Part shown: positions 1 to 9,486 of the stretch, piece by piece | How positions within the stretch are numbered: position 1 is the stretch's first letter | Layout: each line of letters begins with the position of its first letter | Source: Acidobacteriota bacterium | GTDB taxonomy: Bacteria > Acidobacteriota > UBA6911 | DNA length: 64,000 bases | Assembly (NCBI GenBank): GCA_963664705.1 | Contig: OY761556.1 | Location: 4,608,001-4,672,000 of the forward strand | Reading direction: 5' to 3' | Made by a program: the position numbers and the translations under genes | Notes under the pieces: generated by a model | The model's input: only the letters and a program-made list of their open reading frames with translations | What the model was told of the DNA's origin: nothing | The model's database searches: none

Positions 1-1
1 T

Positions 2-70
2 CTGAGACGGCAGGAATCCCGGAATGAAATTTTTGATGCAGCCCGTCATGCTATTCAAGGACTACCCTAG
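2..70 (+). CDS. 3' end of an upstream gene, truncated by the window edge (possibly a PTS EIIA-type protein, as often precedes Ehr operons)
   Basis: Open frame LRRQESRNEIFDAARHAIQGLP* ends at TAG 68-70, 21 nt before hyfB. The identity is a guess from context only. Confidence 0.3.
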   Translation: MRRQESRNEIFDAARHAIQGLP

Positions 71-91
71 TGCCCTTTCCAAGAGAATGAG

Positions 92-2071
92 ATGTCCCTG
101 ATCTTACTGGCGGTTTTGATACAGCTTCTTTGCGGATCCGCAGCATTTCTGATCCGCCGCAGCGATCGCATGTCCTCCGGTCTTGGAGCCGCGGGACCGG
201 TGATCGGGTTGCTGCTGGTGTTGTCTCCCGCGTTGAACGCCCTGCGGGGGACTCAGATTCCCGCTATCCGCGCACCCTGGAACATGCCTCTTGGCTCGAT
301 TGTCCTCGGGCTGGATGGACTTTCCGCAATATTCCTGATTCCGATCCTCGGCTTGGGCGCCTTCGCAGCTATCTATGGGTATGGCTATCTTCGACCCTAC
401 CGGGAAACCAGATTTCTCGGCACTGCCTGGTTTTTCTTTAACACGCTGATTGCCAGCATGGCGCTGCTGGTACTCGCACGCAGCGTCCTGCTCTTTCTCC
501 TGGCCTGGGAAGTCATGTCGCTTTCCTCCTTCTTCCTGGTAGCCTTTGAAAGTGAGAAGAGCCAGGCACGGCAGGCAGCCTGGACATACCTGGTCGCAAC
601 GCATCTGGGAACGGCCTTTCTGCTCGCCATGTTTCTTCTGCTGGGAGCTCATTCGGAGACTCTTGATTTTTCCCAGTTGGGTGGACTGTCTCCTCATCTG
701 GCCGGATTGTGTTTTGTGCTTGCGGTGATCGGATTTGGCACCAAGGCGGGCATTCTGCCCTTTCATGTGTGGCTGCCCGAGGCGCACCCGGCTGCCCCAA
801 GCCACGTGTCTGCACTCATGTCCGGCGTGATGATCAAAACCGGGATTTATGGGATTCTGCGCATACTCACCTTTCTCGGACCGCCTCCTGCATGGTGGGG
901 TCTCGCGCTGATTGCCCTGGGATTGATATCGGGCATTGTTGGCGTGCTGTTTGCCATGGCGCAGCACGATTTGAAGAGACTTCTCGCCTACAGCAGCGTA
1001 GAGAATATCGGCATCATCGTAACGGGCATAGGGGCAGGGCTCTTCGGCATCAGTATTGGATCCCCGGTCCTGTCCATCCTCGGTTTTGCCGGCAGCCTGG
1101 TTCATATCGTCAATCACTCCATATTCAAAGGCCTCCTCTTTATGGGCGCAGGTTCTGTACTGCACAGAACTCATACGCTTGAAATCGACCATCTTGGCGG
1201 GCTAATCAAAAAAATGCCCTGGACCGCCGCCACCTTTTGCATTGGAGCGGTAGCCATCTCGGGGTTGCCTCCGCTGAACGGCTTTGTCAGCGAATTCCTC
1301 ATTTACATGGGCGCATTCAAAGGCGCAACACTGCTCAAAGGCGGATCCACGGTTGCACTCCTTGCGATTATTGCGGGACTCTCTCTGATCGGGGGATTGG
1401 CAACGGCTTGTTTTACAAAGGCATTCGGGATCGTGTTTCTTGGGGAACCGCGCTCCGAGCATACGGCACATGCAGTGGAGTCTGAGAAAAGCCTCCTCCT
1501 GCCCATGGTTCTCCTGTCCGCCGGGTGTCTTGCAGTCGGCTTGACCGGTTTTCAGATTGTCCGGTCGCTGCCATTTGTTCTCAAGGATCTTGTGCCCTAT
1601 GAAGCCGCCGCCATCAGCGCGCAGCTGTCCCTGGCTTCCGGCGCTCTCATTTCTTTTGCAGTTGGCGCTTTGATTTTACTCGCGTTGATTGCCCTGATTG
1701 TGTTTTCCCGTTCCGCGCTTCTGTCCGGCCGCACGGTACGCAGGGCGGGTGTTTGGGATTGCGGCTACATCAAACCAACCGCTCGGATGCAATATACGGC
1801 CTCTTCCTTTTCCCAGCCGCTGATCGATCTGTTCAACGTCTTCCAGCATGGACGCAAGCGGTTCAAGGCACCCAAAGGCTATTTCCCCGCGGCGGCATCC
1901 TTTGAAACCGCTACGTTGGACACATCGAGGGAAAATGTCTACCGGCCCCTGTTTAAAGGTGTCGAAGGAATGCTGGCAAAAATGAAAGTAATGCAGCACG
2001 GACGGATTCAGCTTTACGTTCTGTATATCGTTTTTACTCTGGCCGTCCTGTTGTTTTGGAAACTGCGATGA
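92..2071 (+). CDS. hyfB: Hydrogenase-4 component B-like antiporter membrane subunit (NuoL/MrpA family) of an Ehr complex
   Basis: Many TM helices; motifs AWEVMSLSS, GFGTKAG..PFHVWLPEAHPAAPSHVSALMSG, KRLLAYSSVEN, GLPPLNGFVSE and WDCGY. Confidence 0.9.
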   Translation: MSLILLAVLIQLLCGSAAFLIRRSDRMSSGLGAAGPVIGLLLVLSPALNALRGTQIPAIRAPWNMPLGSIVLGLDGLSAIFLIPILGLGAFAAIYGYGYLRPYRETRFLGTAWFFFNTLIASMALLVLARSVLLFLLAWEVMSLSSFFLVAFESEKSQARQAAWTYLVATHLGTAFLLAMFLLLGAHSETLDFSQLGGLSPHLAGLCFVLAVIGFGTKAGILPFHVWLPEAHPAAPSHVSALMSGVMIKTGIYGILRILTFLGPPPAWWGLALIALGLISGIVGVLFAMAQHDLKRLLAYSSVENIGIIVTGIGAGLFGISIGSPVLSILGFAGSLVHIVNHSIFKGLLFMGAGSVLHRTHTLEIDHLGGLIKKMPWTAATFCIGAVAISGLPPLNGFVSEFLIYMGAFKGATLLKGGSTVALLAIIAGLSLIGGLATACFTKAFGIVFLGEPRSEHTAHAVESEKSLLLPMVLLSAGCLAVGLTGFQIVRSLPFVLKDLVPYEAAAISAQLSLASGALISFAVGALILLALIALIVFSRSALLSGRTVRRAGVWDCGYIKPTARMQYTASSFSQPLIDLFNVFQHGRKRFKAPKGYFPAAASFETATLDTSRENVYRPLFKGVEGMLAKMKVMQHGRIQLYVLYIVFTLAVLLFWKLR

Positions 2072-2085
2072 AACGGGTTTCATAA

Positions 2086-2997
2086 ATGAGCTTACAGTCC
2101 GTAATCCACCCTGCTTTAGCATTGCTGATGGCACCCCTGCTCCTTGGCGTGATCAATCGCGTCAAAGCTGTCTTTGCAGGAAGGACTGGACAGCCGCTGC
2201 TTCAGGCTTATCGCGATATTGTCAAACTCCTTCGCAAGAGCGCCGTCTATAGCCATACGAGTTCATGGGTTTTTAAGGCAGGTCCAACGGTTGGACTTGC
2301 CTCCGTTCTGCTGGCGCTTGCAGTCACACCATTGGGCGGCGCCCAGGCGCTGCTGAATTTTCAGGGAGATCTCCTGCTGCTCGCCTATGTGCTGGGATTA
2401 ATGCGCTTCTTTACGGTGGCAGCCGCATTGGATACGGGATCTGCTTTTGAAGGAATGGGGGCCAGCCGCGAAGTTCAATTTTCTGCCCTGGCGGAACCCT
2501 GCCTGTTTTTATGTATGGCGGCCATCGCATGCAAGATGCAGAGTATTTCGCTCTCCACCATGATCCCTGGAATGAATCTCGGAACATGGCTCCAGGAGGG
2601 TCCTGCGCTGGCCATGATCGCGGTGGCAATGATGACGGTCCTCCTTGCGGAAAACGCCCGTATTCCGGTCGATGATCCCAATACACATCTTGAACTGACG
2701 ATGATTCACGAAGTCATGGTCTTGGACCATTCCGGGCCCGATCTGGCATTTATCCTGTATTCCTCCGCACTGAAACTCTGGGTCCTGGGAGCGCTGCTGG
2801 TCGGAATCATTCTTCCGGTTCGCACAGGAAATCTGCTGATCGACATTCCTGCGGCACTGGCGGGAATGTTGTTTATAGCAATCGTGATTGGAGTCATCGA
2901 ATCCACAACGGCCAGGCTCCGCTTACTCCATATTCCCCAGCTCCTGGTGGGAGCCGCGGTCATTGCCGTGATCGCGCTCATTCTTATCCTGAGGTGA
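2086..2997 (+). CDS. hyfC: Hydrogenase-4 component C-like subunit (NuoH/HycD family)
   Basis: GRTGQPLLQAYRDIVKLLRK, GSAFEGMGASRE, ENARIPVDDPNTHLELTMIHE. Confidence 0.9.
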   Translation: MSLQSVIHPALALLMAPLLLGVINRVKAVFAGRTGQPLLQAYRDIVKLLRKSAVYSHTSSWVFKAGPTVGLASVLLALAVTPLGGAQALLNFQGDLLLLAYVLGLMRFFTVAAALDTGSAFEGMGASREVQFSALAEPCLFLCMAAIACKMQSISLSTMIPGMNLGTWLQEGPALAMIAVAMMTVLLAENARIPVDDPNTHLELTMIHEVMVLDHSGPDLAFILYSSALKLWVLGALLVGIILPVRTGNLLIDIPAALAGMLFIAIVIGVIESTTARLRLLHIPQLLVGAAVIAVIALILILR

Positions 2998-3647
2998 TGA
3001 ATATGCATGAATGGCTGGAACTTGTAACAGTGCTGCTCTTCCTCACCAACCTGGCCATGCTCGGTCTGAGCGAATTGGGGGCCTGTGTACGCACGGTTGC
3101 CATTCAAGGAATCCTTCTGGGTGTTTTCACGCTGATTGCCCGGGAAGACGGCCTGTCTGCACGATTGCTTATCCTCAGCCTATTGAGCATTGGACTCAAA
3201 GGTTTTGTCTTCCCGTTCCTGCTGCTGCGAAGCATTCGCGAGGCCGGCGTGCGTCGCGAAGTCGAGCCATTCGTGGGTTATGTCACTTCCATCATTGCCG
3301 GCCTGGGCATGCTGGCCGCCGCAATCTGGCTATCCGGGTACATCCCGGTGCCCTTGACGGGAATGTCCTCTTTTCAGATACCGGTCGCCCTTTCGACTAT
3401 TTTCACCGGGTTGTTTCTCGTCATTAGTCGAAGAAAAGCCCTGAATCAGGTCATCGGGTATCTTGTCTTTGAAAGCGGGATCTACCTGTTCGGCATCACC
3501 GCAGTAGGAGAAATACCTTTTCTCGTCGAGTTTGGAGTTCTGCTGGACGTGTTCGTGGCGGTATTCGTAATGGGGATTGCGATGAATCATATCAATCGCG
3601 AATTTGATCATATTGATGCCGATCAGCTCAGCTCATTGAAAGGTTAG
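2997..3647 (+). CDS. hyfE: Hydrogenase-4 component E-like membrane subunit
   Basis: Hydrophobic; RRKALNQVIGYLVFESGI and VEFGVLLDV motifs; start overlaps the hyfC stop. Confidence 0.88.
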   Translation: MNMHEWLELVTVLLFLTNLAMLGLSELGACVRTVAIQGILLGVFTLIAREDGLSARLLILSLLSIGLKGFVFPFLLLRSIREAGVRREVEPFVGYVTSIIAGLGMLAAAIWLSGYIPVPLTGMSSFQIPVALSTIFTGLFLVISRRKALNQVIGYLVFESGIYLFGITAVGEIPFLVEFGVLLDVFVAVFVMGIAMNHINREFDHIDADQLSSLKG

Positions 3648-3655
3648 CTCTGGAT

Positions 3656-5134
3656 ATGGATAACGCCCTGCTGATCGGATTACTGCTTGTTGTCCCCTGC
3701 GCCGGCGGAGCCATCAGTGCATCCATGCGCAAGCCCCGTGGTATTCTCGCGGCGATGTGTACCGCCGTTGGCCTCTGGGCATTGGTGGCCGGCACCGTCA
3801 GCGGGCGCGCATTCCTTGGAGGTCCTTTCCAGGCCGCCGACGGTGCAGTCTATGTCGATGCGCTGTCTGCCTATCACCTTGGCGTAATGATAGTGGTCTT
3901 CGTCGCTGCTTCCCTGTTTGCCATCGGCTACTTCAACCGGGAACTCGATGCCGGACACATCTCCCCCAGAGGGCTGCGCCAGTTTGCCGGATTATGGTGC
4001 GGTTCTCTCGCTGCCATGACCCTGTCGCTGATTTCCAACAACCTCGGGATCATGTGGGTCGGGATTGAGGCAACAACACTGCTTACGGCTTTCCTGATCT
4101 GCATACCCCGGAAGCGGGCATCCCTGGAAGCGATGTGGAAATACCTGATGATTTGCTCGATCGGAGTGGCATTTGCCTTTCTCGGCACGCTGATCATTGC
4201 CATGTCTTCGAGTGGTATCCACATGGGGCTATCCAAAGCGCTCCTCTGGACCGAGTTACTGAATAGCGCCTCCATTCTGAATCCGAAGCTTTTGAAGCTG
4301 GGGTTCCTATGCCTTCTCGTCGGCTATGGTACAAAGGCGGGATTGGCGCCCATGCACAGCTGGTTGCCGGATGCCCACAGCCAGGCACCGGCCCCCGTTT
4401 CCGCCATGTTCTCCGGATTCATGTTGAATGCAGCGCTTTACTGCATCCTGCGGTATGTTCCGATTGTTGAAAAGGCGACGGGTCGAGTGGGCTGGAGCCT
4501 CGAGCTGCTCGCGTTGTTCGGTATCATCTCCATTCTTGTTGCTGCAGCCTTCATTGTCTTTCAGCGCGATGCAAAAAGGCTGCTCGCATATTCCAGCGTG
4601 GAACACATCGGGATCATCACCCTTGCTTTCGGACTGGGAGGCATTGGGACTTTCGCGGCGCTATTCCATACCCTGAATCACTCCATCTGTAAATCACTGG
4701 CCTTCTTCGCGACGGGAAGACTGGGACAGACCTACGGCTCTTACGACATGACGAAGATGTCCGGATCGGTTGCGGGGGCTCCCGTGTGGGGGCGCGGATT
4801 ATTCGGAAGCCTGCTCACGCTGATCGGCGTGGCACCCTTTGCAATTTTCATGAGCGAATTCCAGGTTTTGAAAGCAGCCATGGATAAACACTGGACACTC
4901 GGAGTCCTTTTGTTTTTGGGCGGAAGCGGAGTGGTGTTTGTCGGTGCGCTCCGGCACGCGATCGCAATGGCCTGGGGCAAGCCCAGCCCGGTTGCAGCAC
5001 AGGAACAGGCCGGAGTCATTGAAAAGGCCCTTGCGTTTGTGCCTTTGCTGATTCTGCTTGGCCTTGGCCTCTGGATACCCGGGCCGCTCCTTCATTTGCT
5101 GAAGCAGGCTGCATCCATCCTGGGGACATACTGA
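3656..5134 (+). CDS. hyfF: Hydrogenase-4 component F-like antiporter subunit
   Basis: WVGIEATTL, SLEAMWKY, GYGTKAGLAPMHSWLPDAHSQAP, KRLLAYSSVEH. Confidence 0.9.
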   Translation: MDNALLIGLLLVVPCAGGAISASMRKPRGILAAMCTAVGLWALVAGTVSGRAFLGGPFQAADGAVYVDALSAYHLGVMIVVFVAASLFAIGYFNRELDAGHISPRGLRQFAGLWCGSLAAMTLSLISNNLGIMWVGIEATTLLTAFLICIPRKRASLEAMWKYLMICSIGVAFAFLGTLIIAMSSSGIHMGLSKALLWTELLNSASILNPKLLKLGFLCLLVGYGTKAGLAPMHSWLPDAHSQAPAPVSAMFSGFMLNAALYCILRYVPIVEKATGRVGWSLELLALFGIISILVAAAFIVFQRDAKRLLAYSSVEHIGIITLAFGLGGIGTFAALFHTLNHSICKSLAFFATGRLGQTYGSYDMTKMSGSVAGAPVWGRGLFGSLLTLIGVAPFAIFMSEFQVLKAAMDKHWTLGVLLFLGGSGVVFVGALRHAIAMAWGKPSPVAAQEQAGVIEKALAFVPLLILLGLGLWIPGPLLHLLKQAASILGTY

Positions 5135-6642
5135 TGAACGAGCGCGCCCTTTGTGTAATTCGAAATTGTGACACGGTTCCGATCTCGAGAATCCCTGTGC
5201 TCTCCATGTCGGAGTTCAGCCGCACCGTGAAGGAAAAGATCCAGGCCGGAGAGCGGCTGTCTGCCCTTTTCGGCAGGCCCATGGAAAAAATGGGCATTCG
5301 GCTGATTGCCGTCATCGCCCGGGACGAATCCTCGACCTTATCGCTACTCTCAACCGACGCTGAGAATTCCTACCCATCCCTGACGCCCGATTGCCCCCAG
5401 GCACACTGGTTTGAACGGGAAATTGCCGAACAATGGGGCCTCATTCCGGCCGGGCATCCGTGGCTTAAGCCGATCCGTTTCCACGCACCCTACCAATCCG
5501 GATTGGCAACGGGTGCAACCGCACCTATCGGCCTGACCGATTTTTTCCAGGTCAGTGGCGCTGAAGTACATGAGGTGGCCGTTGGACCCGTTCACGCGGG
5601 AGTCATCGAGCCGGGACATTTTCGCTTTCAGTGCCATGGCGAGAATGTGTATCACCTGGAAATTTCGCTCGGCTACCAGCATCGCGGCATAGAAAAAGCT
5701 CTGATCGAAAAACCGGAAAAGCGCAGGATTCATCTGATCGAAACCACGGCCGGCGATACAACGGTAGGACATACAACCGCCTACTGCCACGCCATGGAAT
5801 CGCTGTCAGGCAACCGCGCACCCGCCAGGCCCGCTTTTCTGAGAGGCATCGCGCTCGAACTCGAGCGGCTGGCAAACCACACCGGCGATCTCGGAGCGCT
5901 TGCCGGAGACGTGGGTTATCTGCCCTCCATGTCGTACTGCGGCAGGATTCGCGGCGATTTTTTAAACATGACGGCTCTCTTTTGCGGGAATCGATTTGGT
6001 CGCGGATTGATTCGCCCTGGCGGCATCAGTGTGGAAATTGAGGAATCCCGAATTGAGGAGCTGTTGAGCCGGATCGAAAAAGCATCGGAAGACCTGTCCG
6101 GCGCGGTCGAGCTGATGTTCGAATCTCCATCGGTGCTCGCGAGATTCGAGGGAACCGGCGAGATCACGCAACAGGTCTGCAAAGAACTCGGTCTGGTGGG
6201 CCCCATGGCCCGGGCCTGCGGCGAGCGTCTGGATGTCCGACACGATTTCCCGATCTCGGTTTTCCGTTTTGCCCAAATCCCGGTTTCCACCTGGCACACG
6301 GGGGATGTCTTTTCACGGGCACTTGTTCGCTGGCTTGAGATTCAGCGATCCATTCAGTTTATTCGCGACCAACTGACCGCGATCCCGGAAGGCGCCGCCC
6401 GTATCGAAACGGGATCTCTGTCGCCGGCATCGATGGTCGTTTCGCTGGTGGAAGGCTGGCGCGGGGAGATTTGCCACATAGCGACAACGGACGATACCGG
6501 CAAACTCGTCCACTACAAGATTGTGGACCCCTCATTCCATAACTGGTTCGGGCTCGCCTTCGCGCTGCGAAACCAGCAAATCTCGGACTTCCCCCTGTGC
6601 AATAAAAGCGCAAACCTGTCGTATTGCGGACACGATCTCTGA
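5134..6642 (+). CDS. hyfG: Ehr large subunit (NuoC+NuoD/HycE-like) lacking the Ni-Fe ligands
   Basis: WFEREIAE, GPVHAGVIEPGHFRF, GYQHRGIE and EGWRGE motifs. The L1 site reads ETTAGDT and the C-terminus NKSANLSYCGHDL; neither has CxxC. Confidence 0.88.
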   Translation: MNERALCVIRNCDTVPISRIPVLSMSEFSRTVKEKIQAGERLSALFGRPMEKMGIRLIAVIARDESSTLSLLSTDAENSYPSLTPDCPQAHWFEREIAEQWGLIPAGHPWLKPIRFHAPYQSGLATGATAPIGLTDFFQVSGAEVHEVAVGPVHAGVIEPGHFRFQCHGENVYHLEISLGYQHRGIEKALIEKPEKRRIHLIETTAGDTTVGHTTAYCHAMESLSGNRAPARPAFLRGIALELERLANHTGDLGALAGDVGYLPSMSYCGRIRGDFLNMTALFCGNRFGRGLIRPGGISVEIEESRIEELLSRIEKASEDLSGAVELMFESPSVLARFEGTGEITQQVCKELGLVGPMARACGERLDVRHDFPISVFRFAQIPVSTWHTGDVFSRALVRWLEIQRSIQFIRDQLTAIPEGAARIETGSLSPASMVVSLVEGWRGEICHIATTDDTGKLVHYKIVDPSFHNWFGLAFALRNQQISDFPLCNKSANLSYCGHDL

Positions 6643-6650
6643 GGTGAATG

Positions 6651-7409
6651 ATGACCAATATCCTGAATGTGCGCGCGCACCAGAAAAAGCGCACCATCGC
6701 CTATCCCGATGCGGAACCTCAGATGCCGGATCGTTTTCGCGGCCGACCGCAGATTGAAAGATCCAGGTGCGCCGACGGCTGCTTACGATGCTCCGGAGCA
6801 TGCCCGACGGATGCCATCGCATTGGGAGCAGATGGACTGACGCTGGATCTTGGACGATGCCTTTTCTGCGGGGAATGCGCAACCGTGTGTCCGTCCGAAG
6901 CCATCACCTATACCGGGGACTATCGCCTGTCGGCGCGAAAACGCGAGGATCTGATTCTAAATAGCCGGGAAATGCCGCTGGCCGCGGCTCTTCAGCGCGA
7001 ATCGCAACGGCTGTTTGGTCGCTCGCTCAAACTGCGTGAGGTCAGCGCGGCGGGCTGCAATGCCTGTGAAGCCGATGTCAACGTGCTGAGCACTGTTGTA
7101 TTTGACCTAGGCCGTTTTGGAATTCAATTTGTAGCATCGCCTCGCCATGCGGACGGGATCCTGGTTACAGGTTGCGTAAGCCACAACATGCTCCTTGGAC
7201 TGCAGAAAACCTACGAGGCTGTTCCCGATCCGAAAATTGTAATAGCCGTCGGCGCTTGCGCGATTTCCGGGGGACCATTTATAGATCATCCCGAGATACA
7301 CAACGGCGTTGAATCCATGATTCCCGTTGATCTTTATATTCCCGGCTGCCCGCCGCACCCGATCACCATTCTGGATGGGCTGCTCCGGCTTCTCGGAAGA
7401 ATCCGATAA
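6651..7409 (+). CDS. hyfI: Ehr small subunit: 2x[4Fe-4S] ferredoxin domain fused to a NuoB/HyfI domain
   Basis: CLRCSGACP and CLFCGECATVCP, then GCNACE, ASPRHADG, GACAISGG and IPGCPP. Confidence 0.88.
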   Translation: MTNILNVRAHQKKRTIAYPDAEPQMPDRFRGRPQIERSRCADGCLRCSGACPTDAIALGADGLTLDLGRCLFCGECATVCPSEAITYTGDYRLSARKREDLILNSREMPLAAALQRESQRLFGRSLKLREVSAAGCNACEADVNVLSTVVFDLGRFGIQFVASPRHADGILVTGCVSHNMLLGLQKTYEAVPDPKIVIAVGACAISGGPFIDHPEIHNGVESMIPVDLYIPGCPPHPITILDGLLRLLGRIR

Positions 7410-7434
7410 CTCCGCTCTCCCCGAAATGGCGATG

Positions 7435-9039
7435 CTACGCACCGCGCGCCTGGAAGGATTGAGGGTCAATCCCATATTTGGTAATGCGCAGCCGCATCAG
7501 CTTCTTGGTGATTCCGAGGGCTTGCGCAGCGCAGGCCACATTTCCACCCGCCGACCTCAGGGCATCCACGATCAGTTCCGATTCAAGCGCGGCAAGTGAG
7601 ACCTGCAGATTCCCACCATGCCTTGTATTGGTGGATTCGGCAGTCTGAATTGATGGAGGAAGCAGATGCGCATGAATGACACCGTCCGTGCTTAGAAGCA
7701 CCGCCTGGTCAATACAGCCTTCCAGTTCTCTGATATTTCCAGGCCAGTTGTAGCTCATCAACATGTCTATGGCTGACGAGGAAATCCGGCTGACGGATTT
7801 GCCGAACTTGTCGCTGGCGCGCTTGATGAAATGGTTCGCCAACTGCAGGATATCGGTTTTGCGCTCGCGCAAGGGCGGGACAAAAATGGGAAATACATTG
7901 AGTCGATAATACAGATCTTGCCTGAATTGAAAACTCCGAGTCAGGTCTTCAAGATTTTTGTCTGTCGCGGAAATAATTCTCGTGTCCGCGCGAATCGCGG
8001 TACTGCCGCCGGACCTTTCAAATTCCTTTTCCTGTAGAAATCGTAAAAGGCGGACTTGCGCAGACATCGGCAATCGGTCGACTTCATTTAGAAATAAGGT
8101 ACCCCCATCCGCCATCTCGAGCTGGCCCTTGCGTTCCCTCGCGCCAGGATGGATGCCGGACGACTGCCCGAAAAGCTCTCTTTCAATCGCGCCTTCGGAC
8201 AATGCCGCCAGGCTGATAGTGAGAAACTGTTTTGCCGCCCGAGGACTGTTCACGTGAATGGCTTCTGCCACAAGCTCCTTGCCCGCTCCGCTTTCTCCCG
8301 TAATGAACACGCTTGCCTGGCTCGAAGCGACCTGGTTCACGAGACGGCAAACTTGTCGGATTACGTGTGAATTGCCTACAATATTGGCGGGATTGAAATG
8401 ACTCAGAGCTTCGCTCCGTAATCGCGAGTTTTCTTCCTGAAGCATCCGCTCACGCTCGTTCGCTTCACGCCGTATCTCAATCGCCTGCGCAAGCAAGGGA
8501 GCAACGGTCCCCAGCAAACGCACATCGTCATCGAGGGAAGAGCCGTCCAAAAGAGAACAACCTGCGCTTACCGCGCCAATCACACCATTCCTTCCGCAGA
8601 TCGGCACGGAAATGTATGAAACGGCATCTCGCCTGTCACAGGAACCGCTTGGCGGAGCGGTCGGTTTGCCTTGAATGAGCGCCTCTTTTAAAACGCTGGC
8701 AACAATCGCGGGGACTCCGGTTTCGACAACCTTGCGCGCAATCGCGGCAGCCCACCGGTTGCCCATTCTCGATGAATCTTCCCGGGAAAATCCGTAGGTC
8801 AGATCCACCTCGATTTCACCGGTATCCGGCGTCATCAGGGTGATGGAACTGCATACCTGCCCGAAATAGTCGAAGAGCAGTGTCAGCACCGGCTGCATCA
8901 TCTCTTCCAGATTCAGGCTTCTGTTCAAAGCCTGCGAGATGTCGAACAAAAGTTGAACAAAGCGGAGCTCACGATGAATGCGAGACAGTCCGCCTTCTTT
9001 GCCGCCAAAAGTCAGATCCCCGGATATCGGTCCAGTCAT
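7435..9039 (-). CDS. NifA-like GAF-AAA+-HTH sigma54 enhancer-binding protein with degenerate motifs
   Basis: GAF N-terminus, Walker A GESGAGKE, FRQDLYYRLNV, WPGNIREL and a Fis-type HTH. The GAFTGA loop reads GIHPGA and Walker B reads LFLNEV. Confidence 0.88.
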   Translation of the reverse strand: MTGPISGDLTFGGKEGGLSRIHRELRFVQLLFDISQALNRSLNLEEMMQPVLTLLFDYFGQVCSSITLMTPDTGEIEVDLTYGFSREDSSRMGNRWAAAIARKVVETGVPAIVASVLKEALIQGKPTAPPSGSCDRRDAVSYISVPICGRNGVIGAVSAGCSLLDGSSLDDDVRLLGTVAPLLAQAIEIRREANERERMLQEENSRLRSEALSHFNPANIVGNSHVIRQVCRLVNQVASSQASVFITGESGAGKELVAEAIHVNSPRAAKQFLTISLAALSEGAIERELFGQSSGIHPGARERKGQLEMADGGTLFLNEVDRLPMSAQVRLLRFLQEKEFERSGGSTAIRADTRIISATDKNLEDLTRSFQFRQDLYYRLNVFPIFVPPLRERKTDILQLANHFIKRASDKFGKSVSRISSSAIDMLMSYNWPGNIRELEGCIDQAVLLSTDGVIHAHLLPPSIQTAESTNTRHGGNLQVSLAALESELIVDALRSAGGNVACAAQALGITKKLMRLRITKYGIDPQSFQARGA

Positions 9040-9238
9040 ATGTTCCCGTGCCGCATTCGGTTGTTTTTCACACCGATCTCCCCCGAATTCTCCTGCCCGG
9101 CATTTATCATTGCAAAGTCCGTACCAATATTGAATATTCGAATCCCTATCCCAACCGGATCAACGCATCCTGTTGATAAATATGATGAAATCCATCGCAA
9201 TCCCAGTACGGTATCTGGCAGGGTCCCGCTGCGCTGGA

Positions 9239-9283
9239 TGACTATTTTGTATTTCATTGGGCTTGAAGGATACGGATTTGTAG
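9239..9283. promoter_or_regulatory. Paired imperfect palindromic enhancer sites (ATAC-N6-GTAT type)
   Basis: TGACTATTTTGTAT (9239) and ATACGGATTTGTAG (9270), 31 bp apart, upstream of a sigma54 promoter. Confidence 0.5.
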
Positions 9284-9373
9284 GAGTGTCGCAGGAAAAG
9301 CCTTCTCTGGGAAACTGAGATAAACCGCTATCCGATCAGGGGATCTGAACAATAATCCTACCGGCTTTCCCTT

Positions 9374-9389
9374 TGGCACACATCGTGCT
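9374..9389 (+). promoter_or_regulatory. sigma54 (-24/-12) promoter
   Basis: TGGCACACATCGTGCT = GG-N10-GC, about 100 bp before the transporter start. Confidence 0.75.
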
Positions 9390-9486
9390 ATGGGATAGAG
9401 TGAGCGTTTGAGTCCGTAATATGAGGAAGCGGATCGGGTGGAATTCAGACCAAAGCTTTTCCGCCGGATACAGCAGGAGGCATTGA

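Noticed and set aside
92-7409. Functional [NiFe] hydrogenase-4 / formate hydrogenlyase
   Set aside because: Both CxxC Ni-binding motifs are missing from the large subunit.
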